Virus genome (UHGV): UHGV-0095852
Source: a virus
Length of the DNA stretch: 28,110 nt
Reading direction: 5' to 3' (one strand)
The stretch's first letter is position 1, and each line of letters opens with the position of its first letter. The position numbers and the translations under genes are program-made. Shown here in pieces: positions 1 to 10,000 of this stretch. The notes below the pieces were generated by a model that ran no database searches, had not been told where the DNA came from, and worked only from the letters and a program-made list of their open reading frames with translations.

Positions 1-142
1 GGCTTCTTAGGCCGCTACCATCATCAGATCATCGTTTGCATTTACTTTAATGGTCGGGTTCTAAACCGCCGCAAAGTCGCTAACCATGACGAAAACCCTA
101 AAAAAGCCCACCCGAAGATGGGCAAATACGCTACATCTCACA

Positions 143-221
143 CAAGAAAGAAGCCGACTGCCTGAGCTGGATTCACTTTCAAATGCCCGCAGAAAGGGAT
201 CACAAGTCGGCTTCTTTCTTG
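143..221. repeat. perfect 17-bp inverted repeat (CAAGAAAGAAGCCGACT / AGTCGGCTTCTTTCTTG) separated by 45 bp
   Basis: Read directly: 143-159 is the exact reverse complement of 205-221; lies in an ORF-poor region. Confidence 0.6.
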
Positions 222-706
222 ATGCGGCACTCTCTCCGCCCGTCACCGCTCTGTCTCGGTTGTCGCGTTTGCCACGCCAGCCGTAACGAGGTTTAAAGTC
301 TTTGCACGTTTCCATCACTCGACTGCCGTCTGTGGCTGTTCGTTGCAGCGGGGGTGCCTCCCCCTGGGGATATCCCCGGCCTTACCCCATTCTTTCAAGA
401 CACAATGCAAGGCCGCATCCGCATAGGTGCATTACCGCAACATTAAGGAGACTTAGGGCAAAAGGTAATCGCCACAAAAAAATCCCTATGCCTCCTTAAT
501 GTTGAGGATGTGCATTGATGATGATTCGATGCGGCGAGTCCCGTTACTCTCTGCCGGACCATCATCAATGAACATCTTAAAAAGACCTTCCGTGGCTCAA
601 CATGTCTTGTTGTTTACTCCGTAAAGTGCTCTCTCTGAAACCACTTTACGCACTAAACCTGCTGAACTTTGGCTTGCTCGGTGCCAAAGCGAGCCCCTGT
701 ATGCAT

Positions 707-727
707 GTAATTTTCTAACACTTTAAT
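707..727 (+). promoter_or_regulatory. operator-like motif, copy 1 (core TTTTCTAACA)
   Basis: Intergenic; shares the (A)TTTTCTAAC core with five other intergenic copies. Confidence 0.3.
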
Positions 728-859
728 TTGTTATTTGCTGGTGGGCGAACAACAACCAATAAGTGACTATCAAGCCCAGCAAGCGAAATGTGGCAACGCT
801 CCACCAGCAAGGAAAATTCTAAGTTAAGTTACTCTCACAATCAATATGTTCGTTTAATG

Positions 860-880
860 AAATTAGATTTCTAACATATT
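860..880 (+). promoter_or_regulatory. operator-like motif, copy 2 (AAATTAGATTTCTAACATATT)
   Basis: 20 of 21 identical to copy 3; abuts the stop codon of the 879-2099 gene. Confidence 0.4.
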
Positions 881-2099
881 ATTTCCCATAAAGATCTTCT
901 ACGCCCCCATTCTTCTTGTCCCATTCGTTAGCCCACACCCGGCAGGCATCAATAATTTCTTGACGACGGTCGCCCTGCATAAAGGGGATGCTTTCATGAA
1001 AACTACTTGGGATACAGGCCACGCTGAATACGGTATCAAACGCAGTCTGTTTGATAGCTTCCAACGTCTCTGGGCGCATTTTCAATTCATCGATCGGCGC
1101 ATCCTTAGAGTCCATAATCCGGCGATGCAGGCGCGGGAAATCAGTCTCCAGGTACGCCATAATTTTATCTGCCAGGCATTCGTCTATATCGGTATTCCAG
1201 TCCGTTTCGAAGCCGGGCAGGCGATAGTAAAGCGGCGTTCCCCATACTGATGGGATCACATCCATCGTCAGCAGGCGGTTGGTTCTAATTTGTTGATGGT
1301 AATTAGCCGTCAACAGAGCTTCACCACGCTGACCAGTCTCCGCAACCAGACCATGCGGGTACTCATGGATATAGGCAATAGCATCCACCCCGTCATACAT
1401 GAGCGGGAATGTCTCTGGCCTTTGTCCCATACCACAAGCGCGGTTCAGATCATGACCAAGCTGTGAGCACTCTCGTTTCAGCGTTTCAATAATGTTCTGC
1501 GCTGCTGCTAACTTTTTACGCAGTGTGACGCCTTCGCCTTGATACTTAATGCATTGCTGATTCAGCTCTGTTAAACGCTCTTTTAGTTCCCGACGCTCTC
1601 TTTTCAGCGCACGGTTATCCTTCTCCGCAACATCCAGTCGTTTTGACAGACTGGCTGGATAGTCTTTTTTGTAACGACTCAAATCGGCTTCTGCGGATTT
1701 GCGCAGTGTGTTTGCCTGTTCAAGACGCGCTTCCAGATTGCCGATCTCACTACGCATATTCGCGGCAAATTGATTAACAGCATTGCCAAGACTTTCAACT
1801 GTCGCTGATACGCCTGTGACTTGTGAAAAACGGATCAAGCCATCATTAACGGCTTGTTGATATTCCTCAAACTGATCCACCAGCTTGTTGTAATCAACCG
1901 TCCCTTCCTCAAGTAGCTGGTTGATCTCCGCGACCAGGTTATCAGTAGTGGCAATGACGCTCTCATGTAGCCGTCTGGACAGGTCATCCCCCGGATTCCG
2001 CTTTTGAATAAGGGCGATCTGTGTCCGCAGCGTTTCAATCGCGGCTGAGATGATTTCCAGATTAGAAGTATCAGTTTGTTGACTCATTGCAGTTCCCAT
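879..2099 (-). CDS. hypothetical protein, 406 aa; N-terminal about 230 aa coiled-coil-like (heptad-rich, E/K/R/L/Q rich), uncharacterised C-terminal domain
   Basis: Long uninterrupted ORF; own regulatory motif upstream and bidirectional terminator further upstream; no family recognised by eye. Confidence 0.6.
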   Translation of the reverse strand: MGTAMSQQTDTSNLEIISAAIETLRTQIALIQKRNPGDDLSRRLHESVIATTDNLVAEINQLLEEGTVDYNKLVDQFEEYQQAVNDGLIRFSQVTGVSATVESLGNAVNQFAANMRSEIGNLEARLEQANTLRKSAEADLSRYKKDYPASLSKRLDVAEKDNRALKRERRELKERLTELNQQCIKYQGEGVTLRKKLAAAQNIIETLKRECSQLGHDLNRACGMGQRPETFPLMYDGVDAIAYIHEYPHGLVAETGQRGEALLTANYHQQIRTNRLLTMDVIPSVWGTPLYYRLPGFETDWNTDIDECLADKIMAYLETDFPRLHRRIMDSKDAPIDELKMRPETLEAIKQTAFDTVFSVACIPSSFHESIPFMQGDRRQEIIDACRVWANEWDKKNGGVEDLYGK

Positions 2100-2112
2100 T
2101 GTTTTTTTTGCA

Positions 2113-2133
2113 AAATTAGTTTTCTAACATATT
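2113..2133 (+). promoter_or_regulatory. operator-like motif, copy 3 (AAATTAGTTTTCTAACATATT)
   Basis: Sits 14-34 bp upstream of the start codon of the 879-2099 gene; contains TTAG-N4-CTAA dyad. Confidence 0.4.
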
Positions 2134-2171
2134 TTATTAGTATGAGGACAAGAGCGAAAGATGTGATAAAC

Positions 2172-2198
2172 AAAAAACCCGCTAATCGGCGGGTTTTT
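2172..2198 (-). terminator. rho-independent terminator (bidirectional), stem ACCCGC/GCGGGT, 6-nt loop, A-run and T-run flanks
   Basis: Hairpin 2177-2194 with T tract on the minus-strand reading; separates the small-ORF operon from the 406-aa gene. Confidence 0.6.
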
Positions 2199-2204
2199 GA
2201 GCGG

Positions 2205-2519
2205 TTATTGTGTCATTGCCTGGTAGATAAAATACACGATGCATACCGGTACGATAGCCCATTGCAGCAATGAAAGCAGCCTCATGGCTGTCATGGGAGT
2301 AACTCCGTCTACGTATTCCTTCTCTGACATTTTCCCTAACCAACTAACCGACAAAAGGGTCGAGTTCTCCCCCATTTCCAGCTCCCTGAGGGCTTCCCGG
2401 ATTAAAGGCGCTGTTACCACCTTGCGGGCAGTGTTGAGCGTAATGCTCCGCGTCCTCCCGGCGTCATCGGCAAACGCCAGGTTCACATGATATTTTTTGC
2501 TCAATGTACAAACTCCCAA
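2205..2519 (-). CDS. small hypothetical protein with hydrophobic C-terminal segment; true start may be internal (Met49 has an AGGGAG RBS)
   Basis: ORF begins at TTG; C-terminal LLSLLQWAIVPVCIVYFIY looks transmembrane; preferred over the antisense plus-strand ORF because the terminator is oriented for minus-strand transcripts. Confidence 0.3.
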   Translation of the reverse strand: MGVCTLSKKYHVNLAFADDAGRTRSITLNTARKVVTAPLIREALRELEMGENSTLLSVSWLGKMSEKEYVDGVTPMTAMRLLSLLQWAIVPVCIVYFIYQAMTQ

Positions 2520-2701
2520 TCATCAGCGCCTGTACTTTCCGGGGTAATGTGAACCTTATCACCAGTGACAATATTCCGAGCCTCTATTGTTCCATTGTTG
2601 TGTTTCAACAACTCAACACACAATGGTTGCTGCCAGGAACGACGGCGAGCAACAACGTTAGCACCAGCAGGGATAAGTTCAGCCACGTTAAGTAAACGCA
2701 A
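2501..2701 (-). CDS. small hypothetical protein, 66 aa
   Basis: TTG start preceded by GGAG at about 9 nt; lies directly downstream of the nuclease gene. Confidence 0.3.
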   Translation of the reverse strand: MRLLNVAELIPAGANVVARRRSWQQPLCVELLKHNNGTIEARNIVTGDKVHITPESTGADDWEFVH

Positions 2702-2715
2702 AACGATTTCTCCGT

Positions 2716-3207
2716 TTAATCAAGACAAACATATTCCGTGATAGCTTTTATGGCTTCAGCGGCACTGCGCGCCTCAAAGCAGTAGTAACCTGCTTCGGTG
2801 AGGCGAGTCATCCAGACGAGTTGTTCGGGAGTCAGGCGATTTCTCCCATGTTTCATCTCAATGCGCATTCCGTGGTATCCCCCACAAGCAAGGTCTATAG
2901 AAAGATCGGGATATCCCTTCTTTTGGCCCTCTGCCACCATTTTTATTGCCGTCCTTATGCCTCGCAGACCGCCGTTTGGAGTGGCGTGTGTATGCTCATA
3001 CACATAGCGCATATTGCGATACAACCAATCCAGGACGCGTACCTGCTCGTAATGCTCATGGTTCCTTTTGATTAGATCTGGGTTTTTCTCCAGTTCTCTG
3101 AGAGCTGCGGCATGTGGGGATGTTTCAGAATATTCACTGCGACGCCTTCTTTTTCTCGCTATTTTTCTAACACACCCATTGATAGTAAATAAGCGAAATA
3201 ATAACAA
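2716..3207 (-). CDS. VRR-NUC-like (PD-(D/E)xK) nuclease; start uncertain, probably downstream of 3207
   Basis: GYPDLSIDL ... IEMK motif pattern typical of VRR-NUC; operator-like motif copy 4 lies inside the N-terminal extension, so the real start is probably later. Confidence 0.55.
   Translation of the reverse strand: MLLFRLFTINGCVRKIARKRRRRSEYSETSPHAAALRELEKNPDLIKRNHEHYEQVRVLDWLYRNMRYVYEHTHATPNGGLRGIRTAIKMVAEGQKKGYPDLSIDLACGGYHGMRIEMKHGRNRLTPEQLVWMTRLTEAGYYCFEARSAAEAIKAITEYVCLD
3158..3175 (+). promoter_or_regulatory. operator-like motif, copy 4 (TATTTTTCTAACAC)
   Basis: Same core as copies 1-3; positioned in the presumptive 5' region of the nuclease gene. Confidence 0.3.
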
Positions 3208-3346
3208 CTGCGTTAGATTTGTAAAACAAGAGAGATACTACTCAAGGCTGGGCTATATGCAACAGGTCGGATTTGCTTTTAGAGTAAAAAGTGACCTTAA
3301 TCAACAAGGAGGGTAAATCGCATGGCATTTACCCAACTTGTTATTT

Positions 3347-3607
3347 TTAAAGGTTTATTTTATCCGGTTCGGATATTTCTGTGATTGTCTTGTCGATTGC
3401 GATCAACCACCCTTCATAGGTTAAATCATCAACAAGCTCTACCAGTTTGTCTTCTGTATGAGGGAAGTATACCCAGCTCCAGCTCGCTGGGTTTTCTGCT
3501 TTTCGCAGCGTAAAAACCTTCTTGTAACGGTGAAACTCAAGGACATACCCCTTCGATATGGAATATTCCTTTAGGTCTTCGACCGTAAACCTACGATTCT
3601 TTCGCAT
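3347..3607 (-). CDS. hypothetical protein, 86 aa
   Basis: ATG start 2 nt after the stop of the upstream gene; GGGG run 8 nt upstream. Confidence 0.5.
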   Translation of the reverse strand: MRKNRRFTVEDLKEYSISKGYVLEFHRYKKVFTLRKAENPASWSWVYFPHTEDKLVELVDDLTYEGWLIAIDKTITEISEPDKINL

Positions 3608-3609
3608 GG

Positions 3610-4044
3610 CTACCCCATGATTCGATATTTCTCTATTGACTCGTCGTAACTTGTGTACACGTATGGCTCTGTATCATCAGCATAAGGTGCGACTTCCAGA
3701 GCATGAACGGGATTGTATACCGCGTCATTTTCCAGGCGATCGCTCGAATACAGATGCCCAGCCAAAACCGTAAGCGCCGGGCGACTCATTTTGTAGATCT
3801 CTGCCACATCACTATCTACAACTTGTCCAAATGATATGTCGCCGCGCTCCAGCAATATCGTTTTGAGCGCGGGCCACCACGGACCATAAAGGTGATAAAG
3901 CTGTGGATTTTTCTTCAGTCTTTCTACCATGCCATCAAGATAAACTGTCAGGTATTCTTCTTCACTCCTGCCATTGAGTGCCTGCGGCAAGATTTCCTCA
4001 AGGTAGGATTCCGTCGGTTTTACAGTGTCAATTAGTGTCGTCAT
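3610..4044 (-). CDS. hypothetical protein, 144 aa, immediately downstream of the DarB-like gene
   Basis: ORF with ATG start; position corresponds to the gene co-transcribed with darB in P1 (ulx) by recollection of synteny only. Confidence 0.5.
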   Translation of the reverse strand: MTTLIDTVKPTESYLEEILPQALNGRSEEEYLTVYLDGMVERLKKNPQLYHLYGPWWPALKTILLERGDISFGQVVDSDVAEIYKMSRPALTVLAGHLYSSDRLENDAVYNPVHALEVAPYADDTEPYVYTSYDESIEKYRIMG

Positions 4045-4051
4045 TCAAATT

Positions 4052-4069
4052 CGGCCCCGGTTGGGGCCG
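4052..4069 (-). terminator. GC-rich stem-loop (CGGCCCC-GGTT-GGGGCCG) just after the darB-like stop; weak U-tract
   Basis: Perfect 7-bp stem read directly; follows stop codon at 4081. Confidence 0.35.
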
Positions 4070-4080
4070 CTCCTTATCTG

Positions 4081-7000
4081 TTAGGCCGCATCGGCGATTA
4101 TTTTACGCAGTTCATCTACCGAGTAACGAGTAGATACCATCCACGCCGGACGGTCAAAGTTCACATCAGCAACCGGGTTTGCTTCAAAATTCCAGAAACG
4201 CCCGCCAATCTTCTTAATCGCGTCTTTGGCGTTCCGTATTGTCGAGGAACCTGGCTGGTCGGCAATGAGATAAACCGCGCCAACGTCTTCGCTGACGCTC
4301 CACCAGCGCCCGCGAACACGCGCCTTAGCGCGAATCGGCTTATCATTAACCACAATGATATAGTCATCATTCGCCGCTTCATCAGCTCTGGCTTCAGCCA
4401 CTGCCGCCTGCTCTTCTCTTTTGCTTTCAGCCTGCTCAAGCCTTTCCGCGATCTCTGATTCAGTGGCCCCGCCGTTTTTCAGCGATACATAGTCCTGCCA
4501 CGTTGCCGATTTGAGCGCATCCGGCAACTCATTCACATAGTCGCCGTCTTTCAACTCACGGGCGCGACGGGTGGCCATTTCTACCAGGCGATTAACAGAA
4601 ACAGCATCAGCAAAATCGTCCTTACTAATGTGTTTTTCATCAAATGCATTGATGACAGCCCCCACCTTAATCCACTGCGCTGCTGGCGAATCCAGAGGAT
4701 TATCGGCCTGAACAATGGCTAATTTCGCTCCATCGACACCATTATTAGCCAGCTGCTCCAATGCCGACCAGCCATCGGCATCGCTGAGTGATTTATATTG
4801 CTCAAACAATGCATCGCGCCAGGCCACCAGCGCAGCTCGTGTTTTCTCAATTTTCGCCGTAATTTTCGCGGCCTTCACCTGATTAAACATCCGTTCAATG
4901 TCATCAGTGTTGCTAAAGGCTTTCATCCTGCCCTGGAATAAACGGTATGCCACCACGGTCTTCCAGAAAGATTCCAGCCCTTCTCCGGACGGTTTACGGA
5001 ACAGGCTAAGAATATCTTCAGAAGTAACTTTATTAAGTGAGCGACCGGACAAACCACGCCCTGCCATCCAGTTTTCAAACTCCTGGGAAACATCATCCAT
5101 CGTGGCCTGTGACCCCCATGCCTGCATTCCCTGGATGTAATCATATCCATACAATGCCTGGAGGAATCCCTCGCCGTCCACGACATTCAGCGGGTTATCA
5201 CTGGCTTGTATTTTTGCCACTTCACGCTTCAGCGCCTCGTCGTTGCCATCAGGATATATCCATCGCTCAGGTGCTATATCCGATGCTCGCCCGATTTTTT
5301 GGCCTATCACGCCATCATAGGTCGATGACAGCGCGATCTGACCATCATCTGTGCGATAAGCCCAGTATTTAATAGCTGAACCACCGCCCCATACTCTACC
5401 AGGCTTCCCGGCAGTGACATTCATTACCCCATTGCGAATAGCATCATAGAACTGATCGCGCGTAAGTGTTGTTGATAGCTGGTGGCATTGAACACCACGT
5501 GCAGCTGTTTCACGCGATTCTGCAACTCCCTCTTCAAAGGTTACCGATTCAATTATCAGGTTAAAGGGCAAAAATAATGCCGTCCCCGGAGAACGAGAGT
5601 AACGACTAGCCACATCCAGCCAGGATATGCGGCACGTACACCCGCCCCTTTCCGCATCAATGGCGGTAACACGAACAATTGCTGTCGTATTGTGATTCTC
5701 ATCGATGATCGCGCGATAATGGCTGCCCTTGTGCAACAAGATATTTTTCTCAGTGCGTACATACTCCTGTGGGTTCTGCAATACATCGGCATCAAGCTCC
5801 AGAACCCCGGCTTTAATCGCACGTTCCAGATCACCACGAGAACGTTTCATAACGGTGTCAGCGTCTTTAGCTCTGGTGATCGCAAAGCGTAGCTCCCGCA
5901 CACGTTTTCTGTAGTCTCGCAACTGTTCCAGAACATATTTCTGCCCGTTCCTGTTCGTCCCCGCTTTAATCAGGTCGTCAAGATTGCGCTGGTAATGCTC
6001 TACCTGCTCCATCGCGCTTTTCAGTTCTGTCTCCATCATGCCGATATCTTTCCCGGCAGCATTCGCCGCTTTCAGGTAGTTATCGAGAGCATTATTGGCT
6101 TCGCGTAGGGCTTTCAGTTTCAGACGTTCTTCACGCTCTTGCGCCTGACGACTCATGATTGCACGGCGTTCTTCCGGATTTGCCGCCAGCATAATGGCGC
6201 GTTCATCTGCGTCATCCGCATCACCATTGGCGATCTCTGACATGTCTGAGGTCATCACCATATTGATCCAGTCCTTCTTACGTTTCAGCGTATCCAGACG
6301 GAAGTCATCAAATGTGCCTTTGCCACAATAGTAGTGAACATTGACCTTTTCTTGTGGTGAGCCTACCCGAGCGCCGCGCCCATTACGTTGGTCGATACTG
6401 GCAGGAGTCCAGGGTAGTGTCAGATGGTGGATATCGGTTGTACCGATGTGCAAGTTAATACCTACTTCAGCCTTCTTGTTACAGATTATGATGCGCGTGC
6501 GACCTTCGTTATAGTCGGCGGCAATACCTTCCATGCCCTCAAGGCCAGCATCATTTTTAGCTGAGAGATAATCCTCATATTGGGCAAGTTTGCTGTAGTA
6601 GGTTTCCCATGCACCTTCTTTGTATTCACCGTTTTTATTTGGCGTAGGTTCAGTCGGCTTATTCACCTTCTTCAGCTTGACGCCGCCAGCCTGGCTAACT
6701 GTCGTCGCATTGATAATGCCTATCTCCTGCTCCGGCATTTGCAGTGCACTGGCAATAATACGGCGCAGCTTCTGGTGCTGGGCTTTTTCATCAATGAAGA
6801 CGATTTGTTTACCGTTCTTCAGACCTTCACGAAGGTTTTCGATCAGCGCGGCATACTTCGGCGGGATGGGGTGTGATACCTGCTGCATATCAATACCGGC
6901 AGCCGCAATGGCCTTCAGTATTTCAGCTTCCAGTTCAATGCCAGCACGTATTTCAACATGCGACGGATGTTCGCTAAAGGTGGTCTTCACTACCTTGCTG

Positions 7001-10000
7001 GTACGCGTACTGACCAGCCCACCAGCGCCATCTTCTTCGGCCTCGTCTGCATCATCTGCCACTTTACCGCCAGCTACTTTTGGCAGGGCATCAGCAATAG
7101 CTTTTACCTTGTCTGCAAGCTCAACGGGGAACTGGAATGTAATCGCACTGGCATACAGATCAGGATCTATAGCAACCTTATCCATGTCGCGGATGATGGA
7201 GAAGATGAAATCATCCGGTTTTTCGTTTGTGATATGCCCGTTTTCATCGACCGTCAGCGCATCTTTACTACTTAACTCCTGTGCACGCTTACGAAGTTCT
7301 TCGTAAATGGCCTCTTGCTCTCCTGTCATCGGGATCTGCAAGGTATTCTCGACAATATCAGGGATTTTTACCGTCGCCCCGACGTCCGCAGCAGTCTTCA
7401 GAGTAGTCCAGCGATGGAAAATACCACGCAGACCATCCAGGTTCTGGAAGCCCACCAGTCCCTGCTTCTCTTCCACCTCACCGGAAATTTTCTGAACCTG
7501 AACTGTGGCTGTTTTACCGAACACGCGAACGAAATCATCCGGCGTAACAATACCCATGCGCATCCACTCTTCCTGCGGAATGACAGTAGACAGCATGTTG
7601 AAAGCATCAATCGGGCTGTTCACCAGCGGTGTTGCCGTCAGCATAACCACACCACGCCCGTTGTTGCGTTTCATCATGTACGCAGCTTTTACAGCCATGT
7701 CGCGGGCCATTTTGGATACTGCCGGGTTAGGCAAATATGCCAGTTGCCCCGCTTCGCGCCCGGCGCTAAAGGAGTTGCGGTAGTTATGTCCTTCGTCGGC
7801 AATTACGCTATCGAAGTTCATATCCTCAAAGTACGGGATATTCTGCTTCTTCGTTGTACCGGTATTTGCGGCCTGGTCCTTAATCTTGTTCTTCTTCTGC
7901 GCGTCACGGTGTTTGCCAGATGCCAGGTCAAGACGCCCCATTTCCACAGCATTAAAGACCGCTTGCTGTGAGTTTTCCTCAATGGTTTCTTCTCGTAGCG
8001 GGATAGACGCGAATTGCTCTTTTGTCATGATGACCGTTCGCCAATTTGACGACGGGATCATGTTCATGCGCTGAACGATAACGGCGCTGGCGGACTCTTT
8101 CACAACATTTCGGGTAAGAGGCTGCCCGTTACTGTCGAGGCGTGGTTCGCCATTTTCATCAAGCACCGGCGCGGTCAGAATATTTCCGCTGTCATCACGA
8201 ACTTCATCCAGACCGATAAACATCATATTGGCGAAGGCATCAGCACTGTAGAAGCTCTGTGCCTCGTGATACCAGTTCTGATAAACCGCCTTCGGAACAA
8301 CAATACACGTGCGTTTAGTGCGACCTGTTTCGAAGTTATACGCCTCAAGCGCAAGCGCGGTCGTGGTTTTACCCAGCCCGGTACCAAATCCCATGATGCC
8401 GCGCCCATCTTCTGACAAGCGCCGAACTTCTTCATTCTGATAAGTCAGAGGAATGCGCTTCCCACTAATCCCCTCCAGGCCAAGCGGTGCGTCAGAATGC
8501 GTAAACGGGATGAAGCCATTAAATGCGTCGTTATAGTCGCGGGCTATCTGATCAGCCTGCGGGTGAGTGCGTAACCAGTCGTTGAAGCTAATTTCCAGTT
8601 GAGCAATCTTATCCAGGTACTCGTTAGCGTTCTGCCCACGCGGTTTAATGCCGTTCAGGTAGTTTTCTAACTGGTTCAGGAAGCCGTCTTTATTGTTGGC
8701 CTTCTTGAACTCATTCCCGTTTTTGCCGTTTACGGTTCGTAGTTGATAGCCAGTAAATACCCCGTCCTTACCTTCGTAATCGTCCGGAGATACCAGAATG
8801 CCGTCCTCAACCTTAAGGTCGGGTTCTGTATACTTAAACTCGTCATAGCCCTGCTCTGCCAGGAACTCTTTTATCAAGCGGCGATCCAGCCAGCGGGCGT
8901 TCAGATTAACGGTGACTTTATTTAGTGGCGTGAAAATGCGTTTCTCTTCGATTTTCGCCAACTGACGCTCAAAGTTCGCTTTCTGCTCACCTGTTGACGC
9001 ATCACGCCAGCCCACCAGCAATGCTGTTTTGGTTGCAATATCGCCGCTGGTGGCGCGGTCCATCGGCAGCAGGCAGCCATACCCATCAATAGCGATATCA
9101 TCAAATTTCGCCAGGTATTCCAGAGCAGCATCGTCGTCTCCTGGCAGTTCGCCAGCAAACGCCTCACGAAAATCGTCCAGTGTGATTGGATTAAGTGCCA
9201 CGTCACTGAAAAGGTGGGTTACAACTTGTTCCGGGCGTGTAAAGTCAATACCGGCAGCACCATCCGTTACATCAAGTCGTCCAGCAAGGAGGTCAGAAGC
9301 AGAGCCGTCCTGTTTCACGTTGCCAGTGAAAGTCATCCAGTTTTTAGCGCCAGCTTCAGCAATCCCATTCAGCTTAATCGCGTGCGGCGGACCATACTTC
9401 GCAATTTCGGCTTCCGCCAGGCGCGCGGCATCAGCAAGTTCATCATCAACATTTTCCCCCAGATTACGCTTATCAAGCGCCTTGTTGATCAACTGCCCTA
9501 TCAGTGCGCCGCGCATAACGCGTTCTCTGTCTTTTTCTCTCTGCTTGCCAGCAAAGCGAATCATTGCCGCTACTTCATCACTGATAACCGACGGATAGTC
9601 GGACGCGATCGCCGATATCTGGTCCCATGACAACGCCAGAATGCCATTTGTTGACTGAAACGCGATCTGCAGATCACCAAACGTCGTAACACCATATCGA
9701 TTTACATCAAGAGCGGAGGATTTGGTTGTCGCGTCCTTGACCCATTTCAGGCCATCAAACTCATGCCAGATGCCGCCTACAAGGCGTTTATCGCCCACTT
9801 TCGCGCCCTGCCATGCCTGAGTAGTTACGCCAAGCAAATCCCAATTAATGCGGCTTTCAAAGCGGCGCGATAGAGCGGTTTTCATCGACTCATTGGATAC
9901 ACGACCGTCCTTTTTCACCACCAGGGTATTGCGGAAGCTGGTACGCTCCATATCGCCGTAAACAAATCGCTTCCCTTCGGTTGTAAACCATTTCCCTTTG

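Noticed and set aside
61-499. ORFs 61-318 (minus), 86-286 (plus) and 302-499 (plus) in the left non-coding stretch
   Set aside because: Arg/Ser/Pro-rich low-complexity translations without start context; the region is dominated by inverted repeats.
2239-2695. Plus-strand ORFs 2239-2490 and 2504-2695 opposite the small minus-strand ORFs
   Set aside because: The flanking terminator has its T tract positioned for minus-strand transcripts, the minus-strand ORFs have better RBS context, and the plus-strand products are Ser/Thr-rich. Confidence in the minus-strand calls is still low.
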